DNA of 64,000 nt. It comes from Lama glama. Lineage: Eukaryota. The DNA lies in contig CM052832.1 in NCBI GenBank assembly GCA_028534125.1, positions 7,008,001-7,072,000 on the forward strand, in the 5' to 3' direction. The position numbers and the translations under genes are program-made. The notes under the pieces are model-generated. The model had not been told where the DNA came from, did no database searches, and worked only from the letters and a program-made list of their open reading frames with translations. Positions 1 to 11,589 of this stretch are shown here, piece after piece (position 1 is the first letter of the stretch; each line of letters opens with the position of its first letter).

Positions 1-734
1 ACAGTCTTCACAAAAGACTAAACGAATCTGTGAATCTGTGTTCCCTCCCCGCCCTCTGCTCCTCTAAAGGCAGCAGAATCAACCCAAGAGACAGCCCTGA
101 TTCCCAAAGATCTGGGCTTGGTGGGGAGTTTCTGGAAACTCTTGGGGGAGGCTCAAGTGTATGTAGAGGGAAGTGGGTAGGAGGGTGGGGCAACCGAAAG
201 GAAATGAAGTGATTCACGCTCAACTGCGATTGCAGGAGCATTAAACACAATCAGAGGGAAACCCAATCTTCCCACTGCAAAGGGGAACGTCCAATGTCTC
301 TCCAAGCAATACAGCCTCCTCCCTCTCCTGACAGACCCACCCACCCCTTCCCCAAGGAGCCGTCCAGGGCTGTCAAGGGCATGGGCCGTTCTCAGACCTT
401 GTGTTTTCCATGGCAGTTGAGTTGTCTGCGCCTCCTTTGGGAAGAGGAGAGGTGGGTCCCTTTTGTTGGCAGTGGGCACATTTCAGCACGTTGGTGGCCT
501 GCCCCTGCTCTGCTACATGCTCTCTTGCATCATGGTGCTCTCGTATTTGTAATTAATCCTGCACACTTCTTGGAAACACACAGATCTCATTGACTCCAAG
601 AAACACACAAATGGTCTAGTTTGCTCCTACCCAGGGGCCTCTACCAAAACGAAGAGGTATGTGTTCCCAGAGAGAATGGAGGGCGTGGATTCTGGAGCTC
701 AAGGGCCTGCTCGTGGACTGCAGTGCACTGTGAT

Positions 735-832
735 GAGAAGGAGAGAGGAGGGCAGGGAGAGAGAGAAGAAGGGAGGAAGGAATGAAAAAAGGAGGGAGGG
801 AGGGAGAGGGGAAGGAAGAAAGGAGGGAGGGA
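735..832 (+). repeat. Purine-rich (GA/GGGA) low-complexity tract
   Basis: Almost pure A/G sequence, with GGG runs at 794, 798, 802 and 808. Confidence 0.85.
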
Positions 833-1799
833 ATTGTTCACAAAGCTAGATTTAGTCCATGAAAGAGCCATCTTTCATTCTGCAAGTATGTTCTTTCTGC
901 CTCTTTGGACTGGTGTTAGCTGTCTCCTTCGAGACGACATTGGTAGTAGATGACAGATTTTTTGTTTTTGTTTGTTATGTCCTCCTTCAGTAAAATAAAA
1001 TGTTGGCAATCCCACGTTAGTCACCCAATTTGGGGAAACCATTCTACTCTGGAAATCCATCCAAGAGCCACTCACCCTGGGCTCCCAGGCAATAGCTGAG
1101 ATGCCCCTGAATAACTGAGTCCCCCTTTCTGGAAAACCAGACTTTGATTCCCAGAGGTGGCAGTGCGGGAGCAGGTCGCTTTCTCCCAGACACGGGGAGC
1201 CCCTCTGCTCCACCCATCTCCTGTCTGCTTAGGGGGAAGAAACCCTTGACAAGACAGTTAACAGAGCATCTTCTGCAGTGACTTCACATGAAATTTGGAA
1301 ACTGGGAGTGAGTTGGAGTTTGAAGACCTGGGCGTGAGTCTTGGTTCTTCCACTCAAAAACGGTGTGAACTTTTGTAAGTGGTGTAATCTTTTGGAAGCT
1401 GAAAAAATTTCCAGAGCTGCCAAAAGAGTAAAGTCAGTAACGTATACGAAGAGTGCTGTAAAACATAATATAAAAGAGCTGTAAAAATATAATCTATTGT
1501 TACAAGACCCCTCCCTCCCTCCTACCCAATTACCACACACAAATGAAACACTGCTGGGTTGATAGCTAAGATTTCTGACTCCTTTGGGCCCACTTTTGGT
1601 GGGGGACAATTAAATGATCTCAGAGACAAGCAATCTGATTTTGAATTATTTATTAGATTTTAATATCTGGGGTTTGTCAGGGCAGCAAGGGCTCTCCGGG
1701 TAATTCAAATGTGTATCCAAGGTCAATAACCACTCTTTACAGAACCTGAGGTACAGAAGAGATATCTGACCTACCTAGCTAAGTTACAGCTTATCAAAT

Positions 1800-1965
1800 G
1801 CTCTGACATAATCATCTCATTTAACTCTAAAAAAATTTATTTTTACTGTTCCCAATTCCACACGAAAAACAGAGGTCTTAGAAATGAAATTACTGCCCAA
1901 ATTCACACCATCAGGGTAGCAAGGACAGGGTGCTTATCTAGTTCAGGTTGCCTATTCTTTACCCA
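1800..1965 (-). mobile_element. MIR SINE fragment
   Basis: atcatctcatttaactct...gttcccaatt...aaaacagaggtcttagaaatgaaattactgcccaaattcacac resembles the antisense MIR core. Confidence 0.6.
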
Positions 1966-2113
1966 TCATTACCCCATTATATCAGAGAGCCAACACTGAA
2001 TCCTAACTCACTTGCCACGGGGTAAGTGTTTGGGGTAGGGTACCATGGGTCAGGCTGTCCCAACTTTACCACTTACCAAAAGAGTAACTTTGGAACTTGG
2101 ACCCGTTTCTTTC

Positions 2114-2333
2114 TTTTTTTTAAAATTTTTTTATTGCAGTATAGTTGATTTACAATGTTAGTTTCAGGTGTACAGCAAAGTGATTCAGTTATACATATAC
2201 ATATAAATATATTTTTTCTTTTCAGATTCTCTTTCATTATATGTTATGACAAGAAATTGAATATAGTTCCCTGTGCTATACAACAGATCCTTGTTGTTTA
2301 TCTATTTTATACACAGTAATGTGTGTCTGTTAA
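2114..2333 (-). mobile_element. 5'-truncated L1 3' end with 17-bp TSD
   Basis: Poly-T followed by ttattgcagtatagttgatttacaatgttagtttcaggtgtacagcaaagtgattcag (antisense laurasiatherian L1 3'UTR). TSD ttggacccgtttctttc (2097-2113) / ttggacccatctctttc (2334-2350). Confidence 0.92.
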
Positions 2334-3543
2334 TTGGACCCATCTCTTTCAATAGATCCTGTACAATTCATAGAAGAAATATAAAAGCTGCTCAAATAAT
2401 TTCCAGGGAAGTGATTATAAAAAACAAAACCAAAATACTTTGCAACTGTAAAAATTATAATCACTAACTTTCCCTAATGAAGCAACTTGCTATTAGCCAA
2501 GACTTGCTGTTTTTGTTGTAACTGAAATATAAATGAAATGTCGTTTATTTACTTTTCTTGGAAGGGCTGATACATGGAACTGTGCATACCTGAAGGGTTA
2601 AATGAAATACTCCTATACTATTTACACTGAACATTAGCTAACTCCCTGGACTAATATTGGACATTATCCCATCAGCGTACATTAGATGTAATGTAGGCAT
2701 CTGTTATTGATGCTAAACATCTAATTGGGGGAGTGGAAATATAATATAATAAAGAGAATGTATATATGAGAAAAACTGAGTTCCAAAAATGTTTAAATTA
2801 CAACATGATGCTTTCCATTTTATTTAATCAAGTCCTTTCTTATAACTCAGTTAAAATGAGAGGGAAGAGAAGAGAGAGGAAAGTAATACTAAAATTTATT
2901 CCTAATTTTAACTCTGAAGTATACAATAATCATAGTGATTTGGTGAAATAGTTTGAAGTTTCCAAAGCAAAAAAAGAATAGTTCTGGGATTTTTTTCTGT
3001 AAGGCTTCTCTTCAAGAAGAAAAATACCGAAACTTTACCTTAATCATTCTAATATCCTGACCCAGAAAATTTCAGATGTTGCTAATGTTAACATATATGC
3101 TGTCGACATGGACATGTACGAATGGTGGTGGGTCTGGATGACAAGGGTCAGTGCCAGAAGGTTCCTGGGGTTCTCAAAACCTCAAAAAATAGACAAAAGC
3201 AAATTCAACTGATCAAGTGTCTCAGTACATCCGATGAGGTGACCCAAGTTAGCCTCAAGAACCACACATCTGTTTCTGCATGTTAGAGTATGTTTGACTT
3301 AAAAATGGCAGGAGGAAGCAGAAAACAAAGTCTGTGGACCTGAGAAGTGCTTGATCTTATCCATCTCACAAGCCATCTGTCTTTCTTCCTTCCAATCCCT
3401 CCTGTCCCAAAGTTACCCAAAATGGCGGACACCAGTTATGACCTCTTTGCACAGCAGCCGCGGAAGGCATGCTCCCTCCCTGAGGGCTCCCCTGTCCTCA
3501 GTAAAATAAAGGAAATGTCCAACTCAAGGGAGATCTGCTAGAA

Positions 3544-3731
3544 CAGGGGTTAGCAAACTATTTCTATTTTTTAAAATAGTTACATTGGAACACAGCCATG
3601 CTATTTGTTTCCATAACATCTAGGGCTGCTTTTACACCAGAAAGAGGAGTTGAGTAGTTGCAATTGAGATCACATGGCCCACAAAGGGTAAAATATTTAC
3701 TCTCTTTACAGAAAAAGTTTGCCAACCTTTG
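3544..3731. mobile_element. MER58A-like hAT-Charlie MITE
   Basis: TIRs caggggttagcaaac ... gtttgccaacctttg; internal ttggaacacagccatg and gagttgagtagttgc. Degenerate 8-bp TSD tgctagaa / cactaaaa, partly consistent with CpG decay. Confidence 0.85.
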
Positions 3732-3769
3732 CACTAAAAAGAGCGCCAGCTACAGAGCACCAAGTTTGA

Positions 3770-4885
3770 TATTTTATCAACTTCCAAACTCTGGTTCTCA
3801 TTCCTTTGGTAATTCCAGCTCACGTTAGGGAAAAAATACATACCCACTGGTAATACCACCTTACTCCTCTAAGGAGTAAGAATTTTCCGTGAAGGTAGAG
3901 AAATATGTCATTCACTGCACAAGGCCTTGGGGAGAACCTAGTGATGTGTTCACATGGTTATACGTTTATATAACATTTGATAAAAATAAGATACATTTAT
4001 CTTAGACTATTGTGTCTTTCCATTCCACTAATTTTTCCCTTTACTGATCTTCTCCATGTCTTGGGTAGTATTGGAAGGAATGTGGGAATTTTGTGGATCC
4101 AATTAAATAGAAGCTGAGACGGGGAGTTGGGGATGTATCTAGTTTGGTTTAACGAGACATGGAAGAGAGAGAGACAGAGAGAAGCATCTTATAGCCTCTT
4201 CTCTTTAGGTTAAATTACTGCCAGTCCTCCCGAGATAGGAGTAACTTGCAGGATTTATTCCTACTGCCCACTGCACTGACCCATTGTTTTCTGTGACCCC
4301 AAGGTGCGGGTGTAGCTGTCCTAATCTTATCCGAAAACCTCCTGTGGCACCCATCATTGAAAGGGTGTGGTTGTGGAGAAGTTTTGAGATGTGTGAAACC
4401 AGAAGCTAGTCAATGGGAAATTCTACCCAGGCTTACAGTTCATAAATGAAAAAACCTGATAGATTTTTTTCCCCTCCAAATCTGAAAACAGTCTTACAAG
4501 GTTGAATGTCACTGTTAATTATATGTTGTGATGCTGAAAAAAAAAAGAACTTTTCTATCAACAATAAAAAAGTTTTTTTCAGTCAACTACACTAAAGAAA
4601 GGTCAAAAGATCTATTTCTGTAGAAAATGATATTTTAACATTGCAATTATGTAAAGAAATGAGCAAAGAGTATGCAACCAATGTAGAAAACTAGTATTCT
4701 AGAGAGCATCAAACCATTAAGTAATAAAAAAATATGTTGTTTTCTGGATTTTGTGAGGTTTATGGTCAGCTTTTTAAAATGAGTAATGTCTTGTAATTTT
4801 ATCTTCATTCTAAAAAAATCATATAACCTTTTGCATAAATAGGGCCCCCCAAATCAAGTAAGTTTAGGCCCCCAGGACCTGGCCT
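3770..4885 (+). mobile_element. Zaphod-like hAT-Tip100 DNA transposon remnant
   Basis: 4520-4690 resembles a decayed hAT dimerisation-domain coding segment (SCEAERNFS...STMLEERL...ENDI type). The end gggccccccaaat...taagtttaggccccc..gacctgg resembles the Zaphod terminus. The left boundary is uncertain. Confidence 0.7.
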
Positions 4886-5144
4886 ATGCACATACTTACA
4901 CACACTCGTATGTTACTAAAACACAGGTTTTTCTTTCTTCTATTTTTCAATCACGATCATTATAATCCATTACATTGATGCTGTGACCTAGTAATGGGTT
5001 AGGATTCCCAGCTGGAAAAAACTTCCTTAAAAGTCTATGTAAACAAAGTATTATTTTAAGGGAATCTGTTACCAAATGGATGTCTCGCATCTCATCCCAA
5101 GCTACCTGGCTGCAGTGGCTGGGAGGGTGGAAAGACATCAACTG

Positions 5145-5340
5145 CAGAGTGTGATTGACCTGGCTCTGAATCCTGACTTCACCTTTTTTGCCCTGTGTGT
5201 TCCTGAACATATTATTGAACCTCCCTGAGACTCAGTTTCTTTGTTTGTCAAACGGGGGCAATGGTGCCAACTTCACAGAGTCCTCGTGAAGGTGAAATGA
5301 AGGAACCAGCATTGAACGCACAGCCCAAAACCTAGCCAGC
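5145..5340 (+). mobile_element. MIR SINE
   Basis: gacctggctctgaatcctgacttcac...aacctccctgagactcagtttcttgtttgtcaaacggggg MIR core. Confidence 0.8.
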
Positions 5341-7119
5341 GCCAGCAGGCCCCCCACCCTGGGCAGGTCCTTCCCTTCTCCATCAGCATCTCTCTGGGGC
5401 CCCCAGCGGCTCCCGCGCAGAAAGCACAGCTGGCAAAGAGACACTCAGAGGAAAGCCTCTGTAATTAATGTCACATTCCCTCAATTTCAGGTCTAGACGA
5501 TATTTTTCTAAAACAATTGCTTTCAAGGGCCAGTAATGAAAACAGAACAATGTCAGTCATCAGCACGCAGAAAGGGGAGGATACGCACTGCCTGACGGGT
5601 CCCGTCTAATTTTGATCCAAAATTCTGCATTCCTCTGGGAGACTTGCAGTAAATGACTTCCACACTTCTCCACGGCTGTTGGTCCTTTCTGTGCATGGCC
5701 CTGTGTCTGAGGAACAAAAGACAGGAATGCAAGGAGAAGGAGGCTTTAAGACTCTCCTTTAAGGGATCCAGGAGGCTCAGCGACTGGGGGAGCAGATATG
5801 AGCAGCCTCAAATCTCTGACCTTGAGTATTACCCCAGCCAGCATCCCGGGGGTCTGAAATCCAACCTGCTACTTAGAACAGCTGCCTGTGGTCCTGGAGA
5901 AGGAGAGGATGAGATGAAAGGGAATTGGAATTTTCCCTGGCTTGGGGCCAGTTGAAGGGGGTCTCTACTCTTTCTCAACCCACCTCTACATTCACCCCGT
6001 CCTCTTCCTCCCTAACTAGTTAGGAGCAGGTACTGTGGAAGGTGCTGGCCAGTCACCAAAGTATCTCAACTCTGAGGGGGTGCCATTTTGATGGAATTCT
6101 TTGCAAATGGTGCCTCTTGGAAACGGGCAAAGTGTCATCCAGGTGCTGTCAATTGGTACCTTCTGTCCAGAGACATTTCTTCACATTCCCCTTCACGGAG
6201 AGAGGGACTAGAAACAGAGAGAAATGGAGAGGCTGACAAGAGGAACAAGAGAGAAAGTGACCCAGAGGGAGACACAGAGCAAGGAAACTGGAGACAAAGG
6301 CTGAGTGGTCTTTGTTACAGTCCAAGGGAATAAACCCAAGGCTCTTCAGTAAACACAATTCAGCAAAGAAGCCAGCAGACGTTCCCACGAATGCAGGGCA
6401 CAGACCACCCAGCGCTCAGACGCCTTTGCCAGATCCCGGCGTATTGTCACCCGAAGGAGTTTCTGGTCAGCAGGGGCCCCGGGAGTCATTTGTGTCTGTT
6501 TCACCACCTTAGATTCCCATATTTGAAGGAGGACAAGCCTTTGTGATTCAAAAGGAAAATCCGCCTCCATTCCCATCCCTCACCCCACCCTGGTTCAGTA
6601 GCTCCTCACGGCAGGAAACAGCTCAGCCCAAAATGGCACACGGCCTCCTGGACCCATCAGGCACCCAGCAACCCATTTTAGAGTTTCCCCTTGATCCTTT
6701 AAAAATATGTCTTCCTCCTGCCACTTCTCCAAAGCAATAAAAATGTCCTCTCTTCTCGTGAAAGTATTCTCAGCTAAGCACAGTCTTACCCTCTACTATC
6801 TAGAGGGAAAACACAAGGTGGAGAGGGCATTAGACAGCGCTGAGGGTGAGAGGCAAGGCTTGTGGGGAACCGCAGGAGAGGCGAGGAAGACATTCTGGGA
6901 GGAGGGGAGGCTGGGGGAGAGTGAGCTCCCACAGAGAATAGCAGGGTCCTGGAAGGATGAGGCTGACACTCCTTGGCATGTGTAAGACTGCCAGCACCAC
7001 CTCCCATGTTCCCACTTCTTAACCCCCTGCCTATCTCAGGGGGCAGAGAAGATGAATCACCTGCATGGAACACCCTAATCTCTGAAAGCTGGTGATGCCA
7101 AGAGATATAATGACGACTA

Positions 7120-7330
7120 ATTAATACTTATTAGAATGTTCCGCAGTTTACAGAGTATTTTTGCATGGATTCTTCCTTAATCTTGGCAATAACAAAACTG
7201 TGAGGTAGGAATTACTTTTATTTCCATTTTGCAAATGAGAAAGCTGAGGTTTAGTTGGGATTTTTCTCCTCTAGGGTCCGATACTCTGTAACTGGGAGTA
7301 ATTGGAATAGATCCTAGGGCTCCTCCCAGG
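7120..7330 (-). mobile_element. MIR SINE
   Basis: ctgtgaggtaggaattacttttatttccattttgcaaatgagaaagctgagg antisense MIR core. Confidence 0.8.
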
Positions 7331-7924
7331 TGACAGCCCAAGGGCACGTGATTTGCTCTTCTAAATCAATTTCCATCCAAAGTTTCTCTCCGGTTTGTTT
7401 GATGTTGAATTAACTTCACATCAGCCCCCTGCAGCCCTGACAGTTGACAGCACCCTCCCTAGTACTGTCAAGGCTGAGAATATATTCTAGATATAATTCT
7501 AGAGTAATATTCTAGAATCCATTGCTTGGGATTGAACCCCATCTTCTCATACTAGTTTTGCAATTTGAGGTTTTGTGGGACTAACGGTGTAAAGTTTCGA
7601 GCTCAGTGCTTCGTACTGAGTGCTCTCTGAGTGTTGGCTGCTCACCCACCACTATGAGAAGACAAATCTTGGCTGAGTTCAGGCACCAGAAAAGGTAGCA
7701 GTAAGCACTAGAGAGATGAAGAGTCACGGACTACATCCCAAGACCAAGGAGGTCAGTAATGCAAAGGACAATGGCCTTGGGACGGGAGGCTCTGGTTGGA
7801 ATCTTCACTTGGCTGTTCAATTCCAAGTGGCCTTGAGCAAAGAACTAAAATGTTCAGTTCTCTCTTCTGCTTGTTGGGGGTTGTAATGCCTGACTTGCTT
7901 TCTACACAGGCTGTTGGAAGGTTA

Positions 7925-9047
7925 GACAGACCAGGCTGGTTGCCCACCTAGCAGCCACTCACCCCAACTTCTGTATTTTTATTGAGATATAGTTAGTTTA
8001 CAGTATTGTGTCAATTTTTGCTGTACAGCAAAATGTTTCAGTCATACATATATTTCTTTTCATGTTCTTTTTCATTATAGGTTTATTACAAGATATGGAA
8101 TACAGCTTCCTGTGCTATACAGTAGAAACTTGTTGTTTATCTATTTTATATATAGTAGTTAGTATCTGCAAATCTCAAACTCACAATCTATCCCTTTCCA
8201 CCCCCGTACCCCCAACCTCCAGTAACCATAAGTTTGTTTTCTATGTCTGTAAATCTGTTTCTGTTTTGTAAACAAATTCTTTTGTCTTTTTTTTAAGATT
8301 TCATATATAAGTGATATCATATGGTATTTTTTTTCTCTTTATGGCTTACTTCACTTAGAATGACAATCTCCAGGTCCATCCATATTGCTGCAAATAGCAT
8401 TATTTTATTCTTTTTCATGGCCGAGTAGTATTCCATTGTATAAAAATACCACAGCTTCTTTATCCAGTCTTCTGTGATGGACATTTAGGTTGTTTCTATG
8501 TCTTGGCTATTGTAAATAGTGCTGCTATGAACACTGCACACCAACTTCTTGATAATGGAGCCCTGACTTTATTCAGGTATCAGCCTCTTCCCCATATCAT
8601 GCACTTCAGGGGCTGTGCTCTGATTGGTCTAAACTCATGAGGGTGGCTCCACTCCTCCTGCCAGGGGCTGGTGGGATTCAGGGTGTGTAACGCAATTCTG
8701 ACCACTGAGATTTGAGGCCAGGTCTTCTGGGGACTTGCAGAAAAGGTTTTCTTGATCTTCAAAAGAGGCGTAAGGAAGAAATGGTATCTTCTTCCTCTGG
8801 ACATGGCATAACTGGACATGATGCTGGTCCTACTGCTGCAGGTATCTTGCTACCATAGGAGGAGGCACTTGAGCATGAAGCAGAATCTCTGAGGATGGCA
8901 GAGCAGAGAGATGGAAAGCATCTGAGTCTCTGATGGTGTCATTGAGACACTTAATTAACGAATCCTAAGATGTCCCATCGCTGAAATTCTTTCCTTAAGT
9001 GGAATCAGGGTGCAGCGCTGCCTCCCACTAAGAGCACCCTAGTGTAC
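7925..9047 (+). mobile_element. MLT1J-like MaLR solo LTR, interrupted by an L1 at 7973-8536
   Basis: 5' part ggctggttgcccacctagcagccactc continues after the L1 as gagccctgactttattcagg. Internal gaggatggcagagcagagagatggaaagcatctgagtctctgatggtgtcattgag; end aagagcaccctagtgtac. Confidence 0.75.
7973..8536 (-). mobile_element. 5'-truncated L1 3' end with 13-bp TSD
   Basis: Antisense L1 3'UTR (tttttattgagatatagttagtttaca...cttggctattgtaaatagtgctgctatgaaca). TSD caccccaacttct (7960-7972) / cacaccaacttct (8537-8549). Confidence 0.93.
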
Positions 9048-10164
9048 CCTGGGTGATAGGTTACTGTAAAATAGTCTTTTATGTATCTATTGAACTATTA
9101 TTGGTAGTAAACACTCCAAACTTTCTACATTGGTAGGAGAACAACAACAAATTACCCAGAAAATGCCCAGTGGGTTACAGCCCTCAGGCGACAAGACATA
9201 GATCAGTGACGCAGAACAGAATCTTGGTACCAAACTGAGACTAAGTGAGCTTTGCAGTTTCTTTCCCTTTAATGATGTTCAGAACTATGGTCTCCCATCT
9301 TGTATGTTCAACAAGTGAGTCCCCTAAAGCAATAATCTATAATAAAGAGCGAATTCTGCCACTTTACAAAATTCACATGCGCTCTCCTCGACCATCTAGA
9401 TTTCCAAGGCTGGCATTTACTGTGCATCGAGAACACAGGCGAGCCAAAGATGGGAAATAATCTGAAAAGTCACAAGTCTACCACTTCAACTCTTTTTAAA
9501 GTGGAATAGAGAGATGCTGGCTGCACCGAGTGTTCCATTTTCTAAATAGAAGGCTGTATTTGGCCAGGCCAGATAGGACAGAATAAGGGAGATTCAATTG
9601 CATCTGAAAGGAGCAGAAATTAAAATAGAAGTAGTAAAATTGCATATTCCTCCTAAACTGAGCCAAAGACAGGATTTTTTTTTCTCATCTAATAACTGTT
9701 CACTCTTACTATTTTCTCTGGTTTGACAGCAAGTGATAAATCTCTCCAAAATTATTTAAAATCCTGTGGGATTGTATTTGTTTTAAATTTTGTGTTGGGA
9801 AGGCAGGCAACTATTCCTGGTACAGAATTGGGATAATGTCACAGGGACAATGTCTTGATCGAACTTGTGATTCTCAGTGATGACAAAGCCCGCGTGCATG
9901 CCTGGCTCGTGGTAGTTGTTCAGCAAATCCGTTTTAAACTAACGCACAGTCTCCTGTTTATTCCAAGTGGAAGACCCTGAACATCATCTCAAGATGGCAG
10001 TTGAAGATTCTGAGTCTTAGCATTCAGTCAGAGATGTGAATTGTAATAAAGCACTAGAATGAAAGTGTTTGTTGGAAAACCTATACTTTTCCAAAAATAT
10101 ATGATAATGATAATTGATGTACCTGACGGGCCATTGGAGTCACCACCTCTAAGTACTTTAAATG

Positions 10165-10390
10165 GAAGCATTATTATAAAGAGCATGGAATTTGGAGCCT
10201 ACAGAACTGGGATTCTGTCCCTGGCTTCTATACATAGTAGTTGCATGATCACAGGCAAGAAATTGAGCATCTACACCATAGCTTCTTTACTGGTCAAATG
10301 GATGATGACAGTGGTCTCCGCCTTATAACGTGAGGATCAACTGCGATAATGCAGAAAAAGTACTCACCATGGAGTCTGGCATATGAGTCC
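10165..10390 (+). mobile_element. MIR SINE, near full length
   Basis: aagagcatggaatttggagcc..cagaactggg...gtgaggatcaactgcgataatgcagaaaaagtactcaccatggagtctggcata. Confidence 0.75.
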
Positions 10391-10569
10391 TTATCAGAAC
10401 TACCCAAAATACAAGAAATGAATGAATGAATGAATGAATGAGCCATGTCGGTGACAGCTTTCAAATCCAGTCTGTGATACTAAAGCTGACGTTTGTACAA
10501 CCGATTCATAGATGACACACACGGGAACTCAACTAACCAGAGTTTTTCATGAACCGGGATATGCGTCTA

Positions 10570-10745
10570 TTACTATGCTTGCCTTATTGTGTCATCATTA
10601 TTTGTTTGCAAATATCTCGATAGCTAGAGTGTGAAGGTCAAATGGGCAAGAATGATATTCATCTTTTTATCTCCAGTGTACAGCCCAGTGTTTGGCACAT
10701 AGTAAGCCCTTAATAAACATTTGGAAAATAAGTGAGCGAGTGAGT
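10570..10745 (+). mobile_element. L2 3' end
   Basis: atctttttatctccagtgtacagcccagtgtttggcacatagtaagcccttaataaacatttgg is a typical L2 tail. Confidence 0.75.
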
Positions 10746-11589
10746 AAAGAATTTTGCCTGGGGCCAGACCTGTTTTCTGTCAAATGTGATTGACAGGGAA
10801 ACTATTGCTAGTGGCTAAGACAAGTCAAGATGAAGCTACGACAGAGAGCCGTCTCTGAAGGCTGAAAACTCCAGGCTCCCACTGCCGGCCCTGCTGCCAG
10901 ATGGAAACCACATCACGTGGCAACTTACATTGTGTTCATCTAACATCGGGAGATTCAAGACAGCCTGGCTCCTGCCATCTCATGAACAATTCTGCCCCAA
11001 CACACTGGCTACTGTTCTCTCTATTGAATTGCAAACTTTTTTTTACCCTGGGTATCGATAAACAGCTGCAGAGTCAAATTAGTACTGTTTACTGTCAAAT
11101 TAAGATGGAAGCCGATCCTTTCTGTTCTTTGTTTACAGCGCCTGTACTGCCTGTCCCAAACCTCCAGAGAAACTAAATGCGAACGGACGGCTTCTGACGG
11201 TGGATGCTATCCCAGATCAAACAGAAGGCAGATTTTGTTTGTCTTCTAAAATAAACTATCTTTTCAGGTTCATGGGCTCGGAATAACAGCTATCATATTT
11301 CGCCAGCTGTTTTTTATTCCTTTGCTAATTTTACAGCTTGGTCTTTCAGAAGGAGGGCTCTGTCTTTGCTCCATTCCTATGGGGCTGGTTCCGTGCCAGG
11401 GGAACAGAATATTCATGAAAGTGTAGGAAGCCAAAAGAGAGAGAGAAGAGTGTGTTTGTGATTTGGATGCATGGATAATACTGTTCTGAAAACTCATCAT
11501 GAAATAAACAGTGTTTATTGTCAAAACCTAAATACTGTGGCCATCTCTAAATAACTGAGTTTTAAAAATCTTGCTCCTGTTACTTAACA

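Noticed and set aside
1150..1165. CTCF-like CCCAGAGGTGGCAGTG
   Set aside because: The 3' half matches but three consecutive 5' core positions do not, and it is isolated.
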